Assembly (NCBI RefSeq): GCF_003018115.1
Contig: NZ_CP027457.1
Direction: 5' to 3' (one strand)
Origin: Escherichia coli
GTDB lineage: Bacteria > Pseudomonadota > Gammaproteobacteria > Enterobacterales > Enterobacteriaceae
Length of the DNA: 64,000 nucleotides
The notes below the pieces were generated by a model. It searched no databases. It saw only the letters and a list, made by a program, of their open reading frames with translations, and was not told the DNA's origin. Shown in pieces: positions 1-12,349 of the stretch (position 1 is the stretch's first letter; each line of letters opens with the position of its first letter). A program made the position numbers and the translations under genes.

Positions 1-1983
1 AAGCGCACCGGTTTTCATCTACCGGTGTTTTTGTATTCCGAACATGCTGTTGAATTACCTGCGGGCGTTACGGCGGTAATCAACGGCAACGAGCAGCAGT
101 GGCTGGAGCTGGAATCCGCAGCCTGTCAGTATGAAGAGAATTTGCTGCCACCGTTTTATGACACGCTGACGCAGTACGTTGAGATGGGCAACAGCACCTT
201 TGCTTGCCCTGGACATCAACATGGTGCGTTTTTTAAAAAGCATCCTGCCGGACGCCATTTTTACGATTTCTTTGGTGAGAACGTCTTTCGCGCCGATATG
301 TGTAATGCTGACGTAAAATTGGGCGATCTGCTTATTCATGAAGGATCGGCGAAAGATGCGCAGAAATTCGCAGCCAAAGTCTTTCATGCCGATAAAACCT
401 ATTTTGTGCTGAACGGCACATCGGCAGCGAATAAAGTGGTGACGAATGCGCTGTTAACGCGTGGCGATCTGGTGCTCTTCGACCGTAACAACCATAAGTC
501 GAATCATCACGGCGCGCTGATTCAGGCGGGGGCGACGCCGGTCTATCTGGAAGCTTCACGTAACCCGTTTGGTTTCATTGGCGGTATTGATGCGCACTGT
601 TTTAATGAAGAGTATCTGCGCCAGCAAATTCGCGACGTTGCGCCAGAAAAAGCTGAGTTGCCGCGCCCGTTTCGCCTGGCGATTATTCAGCTGGGAACCT
701 ATGACGGCACTGTCTATAACGCCCGTCAGGTGATCGATACCGTTGGGCATCTGTGTGATTACATTCTGTTTGATTCCGCGTGGGTCGGTTATGAACAATT
801 TATCCCGATGATGGCGGATAGCTCGCCGCTGCTGTTAGAACTTAACGAAAACGATCCGGGGATTTTTGTGACCCAGTCGGTGCACAAACAGCAGGCTGGA
901 TTCTCACAGACGTCGCAGATCCATAAAAAAGATAACCATATCCGCGGACAGGCGCGTTTTTGCCCGCATAAGCGGTTGAATAACGCCTTTATGCTCCATG
1001 CTTCTACCAGCCCTTTCTATCCGCTGTTTGCTGCACTGGATGTTAACGCCAAAATTCATGAAGGGGAGAGTGGGCGTCGGCTGTGGGCTGAGTGCGTTGA
1101 GTTGGGTATTGAGTCGCGCAAGGCTATTCTTGCGCGCTGTAAGCTGTTCCGCCCGTTTATCCCGCCCGTTGTTGATGGCAAATTGTGGCAGGATTATCCG
1201 ACATCAGTGTTAGCCAGCGACCGCCGTTTTTTCAGTTTTGAGCCGGGGGCGAAGTGGCACGGCTTTGAAGGATATGCCGCGGATCAGTATTTTGTTGATC
1301 CGTGCAAGCTGTTACTCACTACACCAGGTATCGATGCCGAAACCGGCGAATATAGCGACTTTGGCGTTCCGGCGACGATTCTGGCGCACTATCTGCGTGA
1401 GAACGGCATTGTGCCGGAGAAGTGCGATCTCAACTCCATTCTGTTCTTATTAACTCCGGCGGAAAGCCACGAGAAGCTGGCACAACTGGTGGCGATGCTG
1501 GCGCAATTTGAACAGCATATTGAGGATGACTTGCCGCTGGTTGAGGTGTTGCCGAGCGTTTATAACAAATATCCGGTGCGCTATCGCGACTACACCCTGC
1601 GCCAGTTGTGTCAGGAGATGCACGATCTGTATGTCAGTTTCGACGTCAAAGACCTACAAAAAGCGATGTTCCGCCAGCAGAGTTTCCCGTCAGTGGTGAT
1701 GAACCCCCAGGATGCGCATAGCGCTTATATTCGCGGTGACGTGGAGTTGGTGCGGATTCGTGATGCCGAAGGGCGAATTGCGGCAGAAGGGGCGTTGCCT
1801 TATCCACCTGGCGTGCTTTGCGTGGTACCCGGGGAAGTCTGGGGTGGGGCGGTTCAACGTTATTTCCTTGCACTGGAAGAAGGGGTGAATTTGTTGCCGG
1901 GATTTTCGCCGGAGCTGCAAGGTGTTTATAGCGAAACCGATGCGGATGGCATGAAACGGTTGTACGGTTATGTGTTGAAGTAA
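1..1983 (+). CDS. speC: Ornithine decarboxylase SpeC, 5'-truncated by window edge (frame open to position 1)
   Basis: ORF 25..1983 translation recognised as the C-terminal ~650 aa of a PLP-dependent Orn/Lys/Arg decarboxylase; no stop between position 1 and the first ATG; position next to nupG matches K-12 order. Confidence 0.93.
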   Translation, partial: KRTGFHLPVFLYSEHAVELPAGVTAVINGNEQQWLELESAACQYEENLLPPFYDTLTQYVEMGNSTFACPGHQHGAFFKKHPAGRHFYDFFGENVFRADMCNADVKLGDLLIHEGSAKDAQKFAAKVFHADKTYFVLNGTSAANKVVTNALLTRGDLVLFDRNNHKSNHHGALIQAGATPVYLEASRNPFGFIGGIDAHCFNEEYLRQQIRDVAPEKAELPRPFRLAIIQLGTYDGTVYNARQVIDTVGHLCDYILFDSAWVGYEQFIPMMADSSPLLLELNENDPGIFVTQSVHKQQAGFSQTSQIHKKDNHIRGQARFCPHKRLNNAFMLHASTSPFYPLFAALDVNAKIHEGESGRRLWAECVELGIESRKAILARCKLFRPFIPPVVDGKLWQDYPTSVLASDRRFFSFEPGAKWHGFEGYAADQYFVDPCKLLLTTPGIDAETGEYSDFGVPATILAHYLRENGIVPEKCDLNSILFLLTPAESHEKLAQLVAMLAQFEQHIEDDLPLVEVLPSVYNKYPVRYRDYTLRQLCQEMHDLYVSFDVKDLQKAMFRQQSFPSVVMNPQDAHSAYIRGDVELVRIRDAEGRIAAEGALPYPPGVLCVVPGEVWGGAVQRYFLALEEGVNLLPGFSPELQGVYSETDADGMKRLYGYVLK

Positions 1984-1986
1984 GAA

Positions 1987-2026
1987 TAAAAAAAACGGGT
2001 CGCCTTCTGGCGACCCGTTTTTCTTT
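1987..2026. terminator. Bidirectional intrinsic terminator between convergent speC and nupG
   Basis: A-tract, GC-rich hairpin cgggtcgcc-ttct-ggcgacccg, then T-tract. Confidence 0.7.
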
Positions 2027-2032
2027 GCGTAA

Positions 2033-3289
2033 TTAGTGGCTAACCGTCTGTGTACCTGTCGGGACACGAACGTGTTTATATTTGAACATCGCCATGAACG
2101 CGAAGGCCAGAACCACGGAGTAACCAGCGAAAATCAACCATACGGTCTGCCAGTCGGTAATGCCGTTTTGGGTGTACATCTCAACCACTTTACCGCTCAC
2201 GATGCCGCCGAGGATACAGCCGAAGCCGTTGGTCATCATCAGGAACATCCCTTGCGCACTGGCGCGAATCGCCGGGCTAACTTCTTTTTCGACAAACACC
2301 GAACCAGAGATGTTGAAGAAGTCGAACGCACAGCCGTAAACAATCATCGACAGAACCAGCAGTACGGTGCCGAACGGAGTCGGGTCGCCGTAAGCAAACA
2401 GCGCAAAACGCAGGATCCACGCCACGATACTGATCATCATTACGTTCTTAATGCCGTAGCGGCTTAAGAAGAACGGGATGGTCAGAATGAACAGGGTTTC
2501 AGAGATCTGCGAAATCGACATGATGATTGACGCATGCTGCACAATAAAGCTGCTGGCAAACATCGGATCTTTGTCGAAGCTGTGCAGGAAGGTATTACCG
2601 AACATGTTGGTAATCTGCAGTTCCGCGCCCAGCAGCATTGAGAAGATGAAGAAGATTGCCATACGCTTGTTTTTAAACAGCGCGAATGCATCGAGGCCCA
2701 GCAGGGTTGTCCAGCTCTGATTCGCTTGCTGTTTAGCAACCGGAATATGCGGCAGAGTCAGGGTAAACAGAACCAGAATGGCGGAAAGTGCTGCGCCAAT
2801 ATACAGCTGCATGTGGCTTAATTCGAAGCCAGACAGGCTCACCACCCACATTGCCATGATAAAGCCGATGGTGCCCCAGATACGGATTGGCGGGAAGTCA
2901 GTAACGATATCCATCCCGGCATTTTGCAGGCGATAGTAAGAGATGGTGTTGATTAACCCAAGCGTTGGCATATAAGCAAACGAGTTAATCAATATCACAA
3001 GGAACATCGCTTCCGGCGTCGTGACCTGTGCCGCCATGAACAGCGTGATAGCGCCAATGGTGTGGCAAATGGCATATACCCATTTCGCACTTAACCATTT
3101 GTCGGCCACAATCCCCAGCAGCGCAGGCATAAAGACCGCGGCGATACCCAGTGAGCTATAAACTGCGCCAATAGAAGCACCGTCAAACTTCAGGGTAACA
3201 AACATATAGGAACCGAGGGTCGTCAGCCAACTTCCCCACAGACAGAACTGCAGAAAAGAGAGGATTTTCAGCTGCAGCTTAAGATTCAT
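2033..3289 (-). CDS. nupG: Nucleoside:H+ symporter NupG (MFS)
   Basis: ORF 2033..3337; start placed at MNLKLQLKIL (418 aa); polytopic membrane protein matching NupG. Confidence 0.93.
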   Translation of the reverse strand: MNLKLQLKILSFLQFCLWGSWLTTLGSYMFVTLKFDGASIGAVYSSLGIAAVFMPALLGIVADKWLSAKWVYAICHTIGAITLFMAAQVTTPEAMFLVILINSFAYMPTLGLINTISYYRLQNAGMDIVTDFPPIRIWGTIGFIMAMWVVSLSGFELSHMQLYIGAALSAILVLFTLTLPHIPVAKQQANQSWTTLLGLDAFALFKNKRMAIFFIFSMLLGAELQITNMFGNTFLHSFDKDPMFASSFIVQHASIIMSISQISETLFILTIPFFLSRYGIKNVMMISIVAWILRFALFAYGDPTPFGTVLLVLSMIVYGCAFDFFNISGSVFVEKEVSPAIRASAQGMFLMMTNGFGCILGGIVSGKVVEMYTQNGITDWQTVWLIFAGYSVVLAFAFMAMFKYKHVRVPTGTQTVSH

Positions 3290-3490
3290 GTTAATTTCCT
3301 CACATCGTGATGCGGATGAGTGTTTGAAAAAGCACATTTGACCGTGCGAGATGATGGGATTCTATCAACTTCGCGGACTGGTTTTTTGTTACCTGTGGCA
3401 AATAATTGCAAACATTCCCAATTTGCAAAACGAAATTGTGATGTGGATAACATTTTTACCCCTGAGCATCGTCAGGGGCGGTTAATGGAA

Positions 3491-4597
<1,107 letters not shown>

Positions 4598-4634
4598 TTA
4601 TGCAAGTTGCCGGAGGCGTGCTCCGGCACTGTTT

Positions 4635-4913
<279 letters not shown>

Positions 4914-4937
4914 TCATCCTCTTTATCGACTCACGCG

Positions 4938-5990
4938 CTAAACCGGCGCGCCAGTGCGTAACTGCTGTAACAAACGCTCCACGGGAGCCGCCAGGCCAAC
5001 TGACGGCGGTTGCGCTAAGTTATACCAGAGCGCATTGCCTTCATCCATGCAGCCGGTGAATGACGACACGGGAAGCCACATAGGCACAATATCTAAGTGG
5101 AAATGGCTGAAGGTATGCCGAAACGCGGTCAGCTGCGTCAGGTTATCGGCAGCAATCTGCCGTTGCGCCAGCCACTGCCGCAAACTTTCTTCGTCGGCAA
5201 ACTGCGGGAAACAGTATAAACCGCCCCACAATCCGCTCGGCGGACGCTGCGCCAGCAATACTTCATCTTCGTGCTGTAACAGGAGTAAGTAGCCGGTGCG
5301 CTCCGGCAGCGTCTGTTTCGGTTTTTTGCCCGGATAAAGCGACCAGCTATTGTTGGTGGCGGCAATACATCCGTTTTGTAGCGGACAGAGCGAACATTTC
5401 GGCTTCGAACGCGTGCAAATCATCGCGCCCAAATCCATCATCGCCTGATTAAACCGTTCCACGCCGACCGCGGGCGTCACCTGCTCGCTTAAACTCCATA
5501 ATTTATTCTCGACCTCTTTTTTCCCAGGCCAGCCGCTTACAGCATAGCAGCGCGCCAGCACCCGTTTGACGTTACCGTCGAGAATCGGAAAGTGCTTACC
5601 CAGAGAAAGCGAGAGAATCGCGCCTGCGGTGGAACGCCCGACGCCCGGCAGTGCTGCAACTTCCTCAAAGGTTTCCGGGAATTTACCGCCGTGTAAGGTC
5701 GCCACTTGTTGTGCCGCTTTATGCAGATTGCGCGCGCGGGCGTAATAGCCAAGCCCGGTCCACAAGTGGAGAACTTCGTCGAGCGGCGCATTGGCGAGAT
5801 CGGTCACCGTCGGGAAGCGCGCCATAAAGCGTTCAAAATAGGGGATAACGGTCGCAACCTGAGTTTGTTGCAACATCACTTCTGAGAGCCATACTTTGTA
5901 GGGCGTCTTGTCAATTTGCCAGGGCAGAGTTTTTCGCCCGTATTTATCGTACCAGTCCAGAACCTGGGCTGAAAATTGCGACGCTTGCAT
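4938..5990 (-). CDS. mutY: Adenine DNA glycosylase MutY
   Basis: ORF 4938..6005; start set at [19 protein letters not shown] (350 aa); HhH-GPD and 4Fe-4S Cys cluster motifs. Confidence 0.94.
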   Translation of the reverse strand: MQASQFSAQVLDWYDKYGRKTLPWQIDKTPYKVWLSEVMLQQTQVATVIPYFERFMARFPTVTDLANAPLDEVLHLWTGLGYYARARNLHKAAQQVATLHGGKFPETFEEVAALPGVGRSTAGAILSLSLGKHFPILDGNVKRVLARCYAVSGWPGKKEVENKLWSLSEQVTPAVGVERFNQAMMDLGAMICTRSKPKCSLCPLQNGCIAATNNSWSLYPGKKPKQTLPERTGYLLLLQHEDEVLLAQRPPSGLWGGLYCFPQFADEESLRQWLAQRQIAADNLTQLTAFRHTFSHFHLDIVPMWLPVSSFTGCMDEGNALWYNLAQPPSVGLAAPVERLLQQLRTGAPV

Positions 5991-6150
5991 GGTCACCGAA
6001 TTCACTGTTGTTGGGGGTAAGATTGCAGCACAGCGACGGCAGGGTGTAAACCGGAACTTTCCGCAGCCACGGCCTTATCATGCTTGCATCCGGCAACTAA
6101 CTTTGGATAATGCCCGTTTTCAGAACACTTTCACAAGCGACTAAATCTTT

Positions 6151-6870
6151 ATGAAAAACGACGTCATTTCACCGGAATTTGATGAAAACGGCCGCCCACT
6201 GCGCCGTATCCGTAGTTTTGTGCGCCGCCAGGGGCGACTGACCAAAGGCCAGGAACATGCGCTGGAAAACTACTGGCCGGTGATGGGCGTTGAGTTCAGC
6301 GAAGATATGCTGGATTTCCCCGCGCTTTTTGGCCGTGAAGCGCCGGTGACGCTTGAGATTGGTTTTGGCATGGGGGCGTCGCTGGTGGCAATGGCTAAAG
6401 ATCGCCCCGAGCAGGACTTCCTCGGCATCGAAGTGCATTCACCGGGCGTTGGTGCGTGCCTGGCTTCTGCGCATGAAGAGGGCTTAAGCAACCTGCGCGT
6501 GATGTGTCACGATGCGGTTGAAGTGCTGCATAAAATGATTCCTGACAATTCATTGCGCATGGTGCAGCTCTTTTTCCCTGACCCGTGGCACAAAGCGCGC
6601 CATAATAAACGCCGTATCGTTCAGGTGCCGTTTGCCGAACTGGTAAAAAGCAAACTGCAGCTGGGGGGCGTATTCCATATGGCGACCGACTGGGAACCTT
6701 ATGCGGAACATATGCTTGAAGTGATGTCTTCTATTGACGGTTATAAAAACCTGTCAGAGAGCAATGATTACGTACCGCGTCCGGCATCACGTCCGGTGAC
6801 GAAATTTGAACAACGTGGTCATCGTCTTGGTCACGGAGTATGGGACTTAATGTTCGAGAGGGTGAAATAA
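6151..6870 (+). CDS. trmB: tRNA (guanine46-N7)-methyltransferase TrmB
   Basis: 239 aa, SAM-methyltransferase motif LEIGFGMG; divergent from mutY. Confidence 0.94.
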   Translation: MKNDVISPEFDENGRPLRRIRSFVRRQGRLTKGQEHALENYWPVMGVEFSEDMLDFPALFGREAPVTLEIGFGMGASLVAMAKDRPEQDFLGIEVHSPGVGACLASAHEEGLSNLRVMCHDAVEVLHKMIPDNSLRMVQLFFPDPWHKARHNKRRIVQVPFAELVKSKLQLGGVFHMATDWEPYAEHMLEVMSSIDGYKNLSESNDYVPRPASRPVTKFEQRGHRLGHGVWDLMFERVK

Positions 6871-7196
6871 TGGCAAAGAACCGTAGCCGTCGTCTGCGTA
6901 AAAAAATGCACATCGACGAATTCCAGGAATTAGGATTTTCGGTGGCATGGCGATTCCCGGAAGGTACATCGGAAGAACAGATTGATAAAACCGTTGATGA
7001 TTTTATTAACGAGGTTATCGAACCGAACAAACTGGCCTTTGACGGCAGCGGTTATCTGGCCTGGGAAGGTCTGATCTGCATGCAGGAAATCGGCAAATGC
7101 ACCGAAGAACATCAGGCGATTGTGCGTAAGTGGCTGGAAGAGCGCAAACTGGATGAGGTACGCACCAGCGAACTTTTCGACGTTTGGTGGGACTAA
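6870..7196 (+). CDS. yggL: DUF469 protein YggL
   Basis: ORF 6840..7196; start set at [18 protein letters not shown] (108 aa); overlaps trmB stop (ATGA-type coupling). Confidence 0.88.
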   Translation: MAKNRSRRLRKKMHIDEFQELGFSVAWRFPEGTSEEQIDKTVDDFINEVIEPNKLAFDGSGYLAWEGLICMQEIGKCTEEHQAIVRKWLEERKLDEVRTSELFDVWWD

Positions 7197-7228
7197 GAAA
7201 GCATACGGGCGATGACAAATGCAAAACT

Positions 7229-7308
7229 GCCTGATGCGCTACGCTTATCATGCCTACAAAGATGCACGATCGAGTAGGCGGGATAAGGCGTTTACGCCGC
7301 ATCCGGCA
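7229..7308. repeat. REP/BIME pair (two inverted REP units)
   Basis: gcctgatgcgctacgcttatcatgcctac ... gtaggcgggataaggcgtttacgccgcatccggc; canonical REP consensus. Confidence 0.8.
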
Positions 7309-7379
7309 TGGAAAACGCGTACTTTGTTATCAATCTGGGGCCAGCAAATGCTGGCCTGATTTGTTCTTGAGGGAAGACT

Positions 7380-8099
7380 ATGATGCGCAAAATGCTGCTG
7401 GCGGCAGCACTTTCAGTGACGGCAATTACCGCTCACGCCGACTACCAGTGCAGCGTCACGCCGCGTGACGATGTGATTGTCAGCCCGCAAACCGTGCAGG
7501 TGAAGGGCGAAAACGGCAATCTGGTGATCACGCCAGACGGCAACGTGATGTATAACGGTAAGCAATATTCTCTGAATGCCGCCCAGCGCGAGCAGGCGAA
7601 GGATTATCAGGCTGAACTACGCAGCACACTGCCGTGGATTGATGAAGGCGCGAAAAGCCGCGTCGAAAAAGCCCGTATTGCTCTGGATAAAATTATCGTT
7701 CAGGAGATGGGCGAAAGCAGCAAAATGCGCAGCCGTCTGACCAAACTTGATGCGCAGCTGAAAGAGCAGATGAACCGCATTATCGAAACGCGCAGCGATG
7801 GCCTGACGTTTCACTATAAAGCCATTGATCAGGTTCGCGCCGAAGGCCAGCAATTAGTGAATCAGGCAATGGGTGGAATTTTACAGGACAGCATTAATGA
7901 AATGGGCGCGAAAGCGGTGCTGAAAAGCGGCGGCAACCCATTACAGAATGTGCTGGGAAGTCTGGGCGGTCTGCAATCCTCAATCCAAACCGAGTGGAAA
8001 AAGCAGGAAAAAGATTTCCAGCAGTTTGGCAAAGATGTTTGTAGCCGCGTTGTGACTCTGGAAGATAGCCGCAAAGCCCTGGTCGGGAATTTAAAATAA
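7380..8099 (+). CDS. yggN: Periplasmic DUF2884 protein YggN
   Basis: 239 aa with N-terminal signal peptide (MMRKMLLAAALSVTAITAHA). Confidence 0.88.
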   Translation: MMRKMLLAAALSVTAITAHADYQCSVTPRDDVIVSPQTVQVKGENGNLVITPDGNVMYNGKQYSLNAAQREQAKDYQAELRSTLPWIDEGAKSRVEKARIALDKIIVQEMGESSKMRSRLTKLDAQLKEQMNRIIETRSDGLTFHYKAIDQVRAEGQQLVNQAMGGILQDSINEMGAKAVLKSGGNPLQNVLGSLGGLQSSIQTEWKKQEKDFQQFGKDVCSRVVTLEDSRKALVGNLK

Positions 8100-8204
8100 T
8101 CCTCTATTTTAAGACGGCATAATACTTTTTTATGCCGTTTAATTCTTCGTTTTGTTACCTGCCTCTAACTTTGTAGATCTCCAAAATATATTCACGTTGT
8201 AAAT

Positions 8205-8218
8205 TGTTTAACGTCAAA
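8205..8218. promoter_or_regulatory. Candidate FNR-type site (TTGTT-N4-GTCAA) upstream of ansB
   Basis: Near-palindromic match to TTGAT-N4-ATCAA about 60 bp upstream of the ansB ATG; ansB is known to be FNR/CRP-activated. Confidence 0.35.
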
Positions 8219-8274
8219 TTTCCCATACAAAGCTAAGGGATAATGCGTAGCGTTCACGTAACTGGAGGAATGAA

Positions 8275-9321
8275 ATGGAGTTTTTCAAAAAGACGGCACT
8301 TGCCGCACTGGTTATGGGTTTTAGTGGTGCAGCATTGGCATTACCCAATATCACCATTTTAGCAACCGGCGGGACCATTGCCGGTGGTGGTGACTCCGCA
8401 ACCAAATCTAACTACACAGCGGGTAAAGTTGGCGTAGAAAATCTGGTTAATGCGGTGCCGCAACTGAAGGACATTGCGAACGTTAAAGGCGAGCAGGTAG
8501 TGAATATCGGCTCCCAGGACATGAACGATAATGTCTGGCTGACACTGGCGAAAAAAATTAACACCGACTGCGATAAGACCGACGGCTTCGTCATTACCCA
8601 CGGTACCGACACGATGGAAGAAACTGCTTACTTCCTCGACCTGACGGTGAAATGCGATAAGCCGGTGGTGATGGTCGGCGCAATGCGTCCGTCCACGTCT
8701 ATGAGCGCAGACGGTCCATTCAACCTGTATAACGCGGTAGTGACCGCAGCTGATAAAGCCTCCGCCAACCGTGGCGTGTTGGTAGTGATGAACGACACCG
8801 TGCTTGATGGCCGTGACGTCACCAAAACCAACACCACCGACGTAGCGACCTTCAAGTCTGTTAACTACGGTCCTCTGGGTTACATTCACAACGGTAAGAT
8901 TGATTACCAGCGTACCCCGGCACGTAAGCACACCAGCGACACGCCATTCGATGTCTCTAAGCTGAATGAACTGCCGAAAGTCGGCATTGTTTATAACTAC
9001 GCTAACGCATCCGATCTTCCGGCTAAAGCACTGGTAGATGCGGGCTATGATGGCATCGTGAGCGCTGGTGTGGGTAACGGCAACCTGTATAAAACCGTAT
9101 TTGACACCCTTGCGACCGCCGCGAAAAACGGCACTGCGGTCGTGCGTTCTTCCCGCGTACCGACGGGCGCTACCACTCAGGATGCCGAAGTGGATGATGC
9201 GAAATACGGCTTCGTCGCCTCTGGCACGTTGAACCCGCAAAAAGCGCGCGTTCTGCTGCAACTGGCTCTGACGCAAACCAAAGATCCGCAGCAGATCCAG
9301 CAGATCTTCAATCAGTACTAA
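8275..9321 (+). CDS. ansB: Periplasmic L-asparaginase II
   Basis: 348 aa, signal peptide, asparaginase active-site motif ILATGGTIAG and full-length identity to AnsB. Confidence 0.96.
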   Translation: MEFFKKTALAALVMGFSGAALALPNITILATGGTIAGGGDSATKSNYTAGKVGVENLVNAVPQLKDIANVKGEQVVNIGSQDMNDNVWLTLAKKINTDCDKTDGFVITHGTDTMEETAYFLDLTVKCDKPVVMVGAMRPSTSMSADGPFNLYNAVVTAADKASANRGVLVVMNDTVLDGRDVTKTNTTDVATFKSVNYGPLGYIHNGKIDYQRTPARKHTSDTPFDVSKLNELPKVGIVYNYANASDLPAKALVDAGYDGIVSAGVGNGNLYKTVFDTLATAAKNGTAVVRSSRVPTGATTQDAEVDDAKYGFVASGTLNPQKARVLLQLALTQTKDPQQIQQIFNQY

Positions 9322-9437
9322 TCACCTCGCCCCGGTATCGTGCCGGGGCTTTTTCACTTCAGACTTACTTCCATTGCCAATTTTTATTACCCTGATGATA
9401 ATCACCGGAATAAATTATTCCGCGCGAGGGTTTTCGG

Positions 9438-10445
9438 GTGAAAAAGCAATGGATTGTTGGCACGGCACTGCTTATGTTGATGACTGGTAATGTCTGGGCA
9501 GATGGCGAACCGCCAACTGAAAATATCTTAAAAGATCAATTCAAAAAGCAGTATCACGGCATTCTCAAGCTTGATGCCATCACCTTAAAAAATCTTGATG
9601 CTAAGGGTAATCAGGCCACCTGGTCAGCGGAAGGCGATGTCTCTTCCAGTGACGATCTCTATACCTGGGTCGGTCAGTTGGCAGATTACGAACTGCTGGA
9701 ACAGACCTGGACGAAAGATAAACCGGTAAAATTCTCGGCAATGTTAACCAGTAAAGGAACGCCCGCGTCTGGCTGGTCGGTGAACTTTTACTCTTTTCAG
9801 GCGGCAGCCAGCGATCGTGGTCGGGTGGTCGACGATATCAAAACGAATAATAAATACCTGATCGTGAATAGCGAAGATTTCAATTATCGTTTTAGTCAGC
9901 TTGAGTCAGCGTTGAATACCCAGAAGAACTCGATTCCTGCGCTGGAGAAGGAAGTGAAAGAGCTTGATAAGAAAATGGCAGCGGCGCAGAAAGCAGCGGA
10001 TGCATATTGGGGAAAAGATGCAAACGGCAAGCAAATGACCCGCGAAGACGCCTTTAAAAAAATTCACCAACAGCGTGATGAGTTTAATAAACAGAACGAT
10101 AGCGAGGCGTTCGCGGTTAAATATGACAAAGAGGTTTATCAACCGGCGATTGCGGCATGTCATAAACAGAGTGAAGAGTGTTATGAAGTGCCGATTCAGC
10201 AGAAACGAGATTTCGATATCAACGAACAACGGCGACAGACTTTTCTGCAATCACAAAAACTCAGCCGTAAATTGCAGGATGACTGGGTAACGCTCGAAAA
10301 AGGGCAATATCCGTTAACGATGAAAGTTTCAGAAATAAACAGTAAAAAAGTCGCGATTTTGATGAAAATTGACGATATCAACCAAGCTAATGAACGCTGG
10401 AAAAAAGATACCGAACAACTGCGGCGCAATGGGGTGATTAAGTAA
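9438..10445 (+). CDS. yggM: DUF1202 periplasmic protein YggM
   Basis: 335 aa, signal peptide, apparent GTG start; conserved neighbour of ansB. Confidence 0.88.
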   Translation: MKKQWIVGTALLMLMTGNVWADGEPPTENILKDQFKKQYHGILKLDAITLKNLDAKGNQATWSAEGDVSSSDDLYTWVGQLADYELLEQTWTKDKPVKFSAMLTSKGTPASGWSVNFYSFQAAASDRGRVVDDIKTNNKYLIVNSEDFNYRFSQLESALNTQKNSIPALEKEVKELDKKMAAAQKAADAYWGKDANGKQMTREDAFKKIHQQRDEFNKQNDSEAFAVKYDKEVYQPAIAACHKQSEECYEVPIQQKRDFDINEQRRQTFLQSQKLSRKLQDDWVTLEKGQYPLTMKVSEINSKKVAILMKIDDINQANERWKKDTEQLRRNGVIK

Positions 10446-10463
10446 GTTTGATATAGTGCCTTT

Positions 10464-10500
10464 GCCGGATAATATAAAAAGTTATCCGGCAAATTATTTT
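10464..10500 (+). terminator. Intrinsic terminator after yggM (shared convergent junction with TRAP operon)
   Basis: Hairpin gccggataa-N9-ttatccggc followed by T-rich tract. Confidence 0.6.
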
Positions 10501-11802
10501 TTACATTAGCCCTAGTAGCTGTGGAATGAACAAGGATATTTGCGGAATGTAAGTGATCATCATCAACGCTACTAGCAATGCAGCATAAAATGGCAGCAAT
10601 GGTTTGATTAAATGTTGAATCTTCACACCCGAGATAGAACAACCAACAAATAGCGCACTACCCACCGGCGGTGTTAACAGCCCAATACAAAGGTTGGCCA
10701 CCATCATAATACCGAAATGTACTGGGTCCATTCCCAGCTCTTGTGCAATCGGCAAGAAGATCGGTGTAAAGATTAGTACAGCCGGTGTCATGTCCATAAA
10801 GATGCCGACAATTAATAAGACGATATTAATCAGCAGCAATATGATCAGTGGGTTATCAGAAATCCCCATCAATGCGTCGCTGATCATATAAGGAATATCA
10901 GCATTAGTCATTGCCCAGGACATGCCCACGGAAAAACCGATCAACAGTAATACAATCGAAGTGGTAACAACCGACTCCAGAATCAGTTTGGGTAAATGGC
11001 GCCATTTTACTTCCCGGTAAATCAGCACCGAGAGAATAAATGTGTAGACAACGGCAATTGCTGACGCTTCAGTTGCGGTAAAAATGCCGCCCAGAATGCC
11101 GCCCATCACAATGAACACCAGAAGCAAACTTGGTAAGGCATCCAGAAACGCTTTACAGGACTGAGCAAAGGTTGCTCTTTCTGAAAGCGGGTAGCCACGG
11201 CGTTTAGCAATAATGCCGCAGACTATCATTACCGCAAGACCCATTAAGATCCCTGGCAAATATCCCGCCATAAATAGCGATGCTACAGAAACGCCGCCAG
11301 CTGTCAGGGAAAACACAATTAACACGTTTGAGGGCGGTATCAGTAATCCAGTAATACAAGATGAGACGTTTACAGCGGTAGAAAATGCCGGATCATAACC
11401 TTGTTTGGTCTGAATGGGATTCAGTGTGCCACCAACGGCAGCAGCTGCCGCAACGGCTGAACCAGAAATGGAACCAAACATCATATTCGCCAGGACGTTC
11501 ACATGACCAAGTGAACCAGGAACCCGACCAACCATTACCTGGGCGAGGTTAATCAAACGTATCGCAATACCGCCGCTGTTCATCAGCGTTCCGGCAAAGA
11601 TGAAAAAGGGGATTGCCAATAGGGCAAAGTTATCCAGTCCATTAGCCAGTCGCTGCGAAACAGTGATTGCCGCGATATCCCAGGGAAACATCAAAAGCAT
11701 TGAAGCTACAGTGGCAATACCGATTGAGAACGAAATGGGCATACCAATAAAGACCAACACAAAAAAACAGCCAAACAGTGTAATCGCGATATAACTATCC
11801 AT
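10501..11802 (-). CDS. TRAP transporter large permease (DctM family)
   Basis: 433 aa polytopic membrane protein with DctM-type sequence; not present at this locus in K-12 as I recall. Confidence 0.88.
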   Translation of the reverse strand: MDSYIAITLFGCFFVLVFIGMPISFSIGIATVASMLLMFPWDIAAITVSQRLANGLDNFALLAIPFFIFAGTLMNSGGIAIRLINLAQVMVGRVPGSLGHVNVLANMMFGSISGSAVAAAAAVGGTLNPIQTKQGYDPAFSTAVNVSSCITGLLIPPSNVLIVFSLTAGGVSVASLFMAGYLPGILMGLAVMIVCGIIAKRRGYPLSERATFAQSCKAFLDALPSLLLVFIVMGGILGGIFTATEASAIAVVYTFILSVLIYREVKWRHLPKLILESVVTTSIVLLLIGFSVGMSWAMTNADIPYMISDALMGISDNPLIILLLINIVLLIVGIFMDMTPAVLIFTPIFLPIAQELGMDPVHFGIMMVANLCIGLLTPPVGSALFVGCSISGVKIQHLIKPLLPFYAALLVALMMITYIPQISLFIPQLLGLM

Positions 11803-12314
11803 TAACTGGCCTCCTGCGCATGTTGTTTCAGTTGTTGAATGCTTTGATTAATAAAACACAAGGCATAAAACATCATCACCAATCCACTTAATGGCAGAAT
11901 GATATATACGTATCCCATCGGTATTTGCATCGCGGCAGATACCTGTGATGTTGCCAGCGTTTTATCAATTAATTTCAGGCCACCAGTCACAATGACCGAA
12001 CCGGCAAAACCTAAAATAAGAACGTTAATGACTATACTAAGAAGTAATTGCTTGCGCTTATTCAGGGCGAGAGCAAATAAATCGATAGAGAGATGTCTCT
12101 GCGCGCCGACGGTATATGCAGCACCTAATAACCCTACCCAGATCATCAAAAATCGTGCCAGCTCATCGGTTAATGTACTTGGCTGGTTAAGTACGTAGCG
12201 GCTAAATACTTGCCAGACTACGCATACAACCAGAGCAAGCATGACGGCGACAGAAAACGCGGCAATGACGCGGTCTACCGCAAGTTTCAGGCGGTTAAAT
12301 ATCATTGTAAGCAT
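11802..12314 (-). CDS. TRAP transporter small permease (DctQ family)
   Basis: 170 aa, 4 predicted TM segments; stop overlaps the dctM-like start by 1 nt. Confidence 0.82.
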   Translation of the reverse strand: MLTMIFNRLKLAVDRVIAAFSVAVMLALVVCVVWQVFSRYVLNQPSTLTDELARFLMIWVGLLGAAYTVGAQRHLSIDLFALALNKRKQLLLSIVINVLILGFAGSVIVTGGLKLIDKTLATSQVSAAMQIPMGYVYIILPLSGLVMMFYALCFINQSIQQLKQHAQEAS

Positions 12315-12349
12315 CCTGGAAAATCAGGGCCAGAGACTGGCCCGGAATA

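Noticed and set aside
8359-9276. 305-aa minus-strand ORF
   Set aside because: Antisense within ansB; no RBS or domain signal, and the sense-strand gene is unambiguous.
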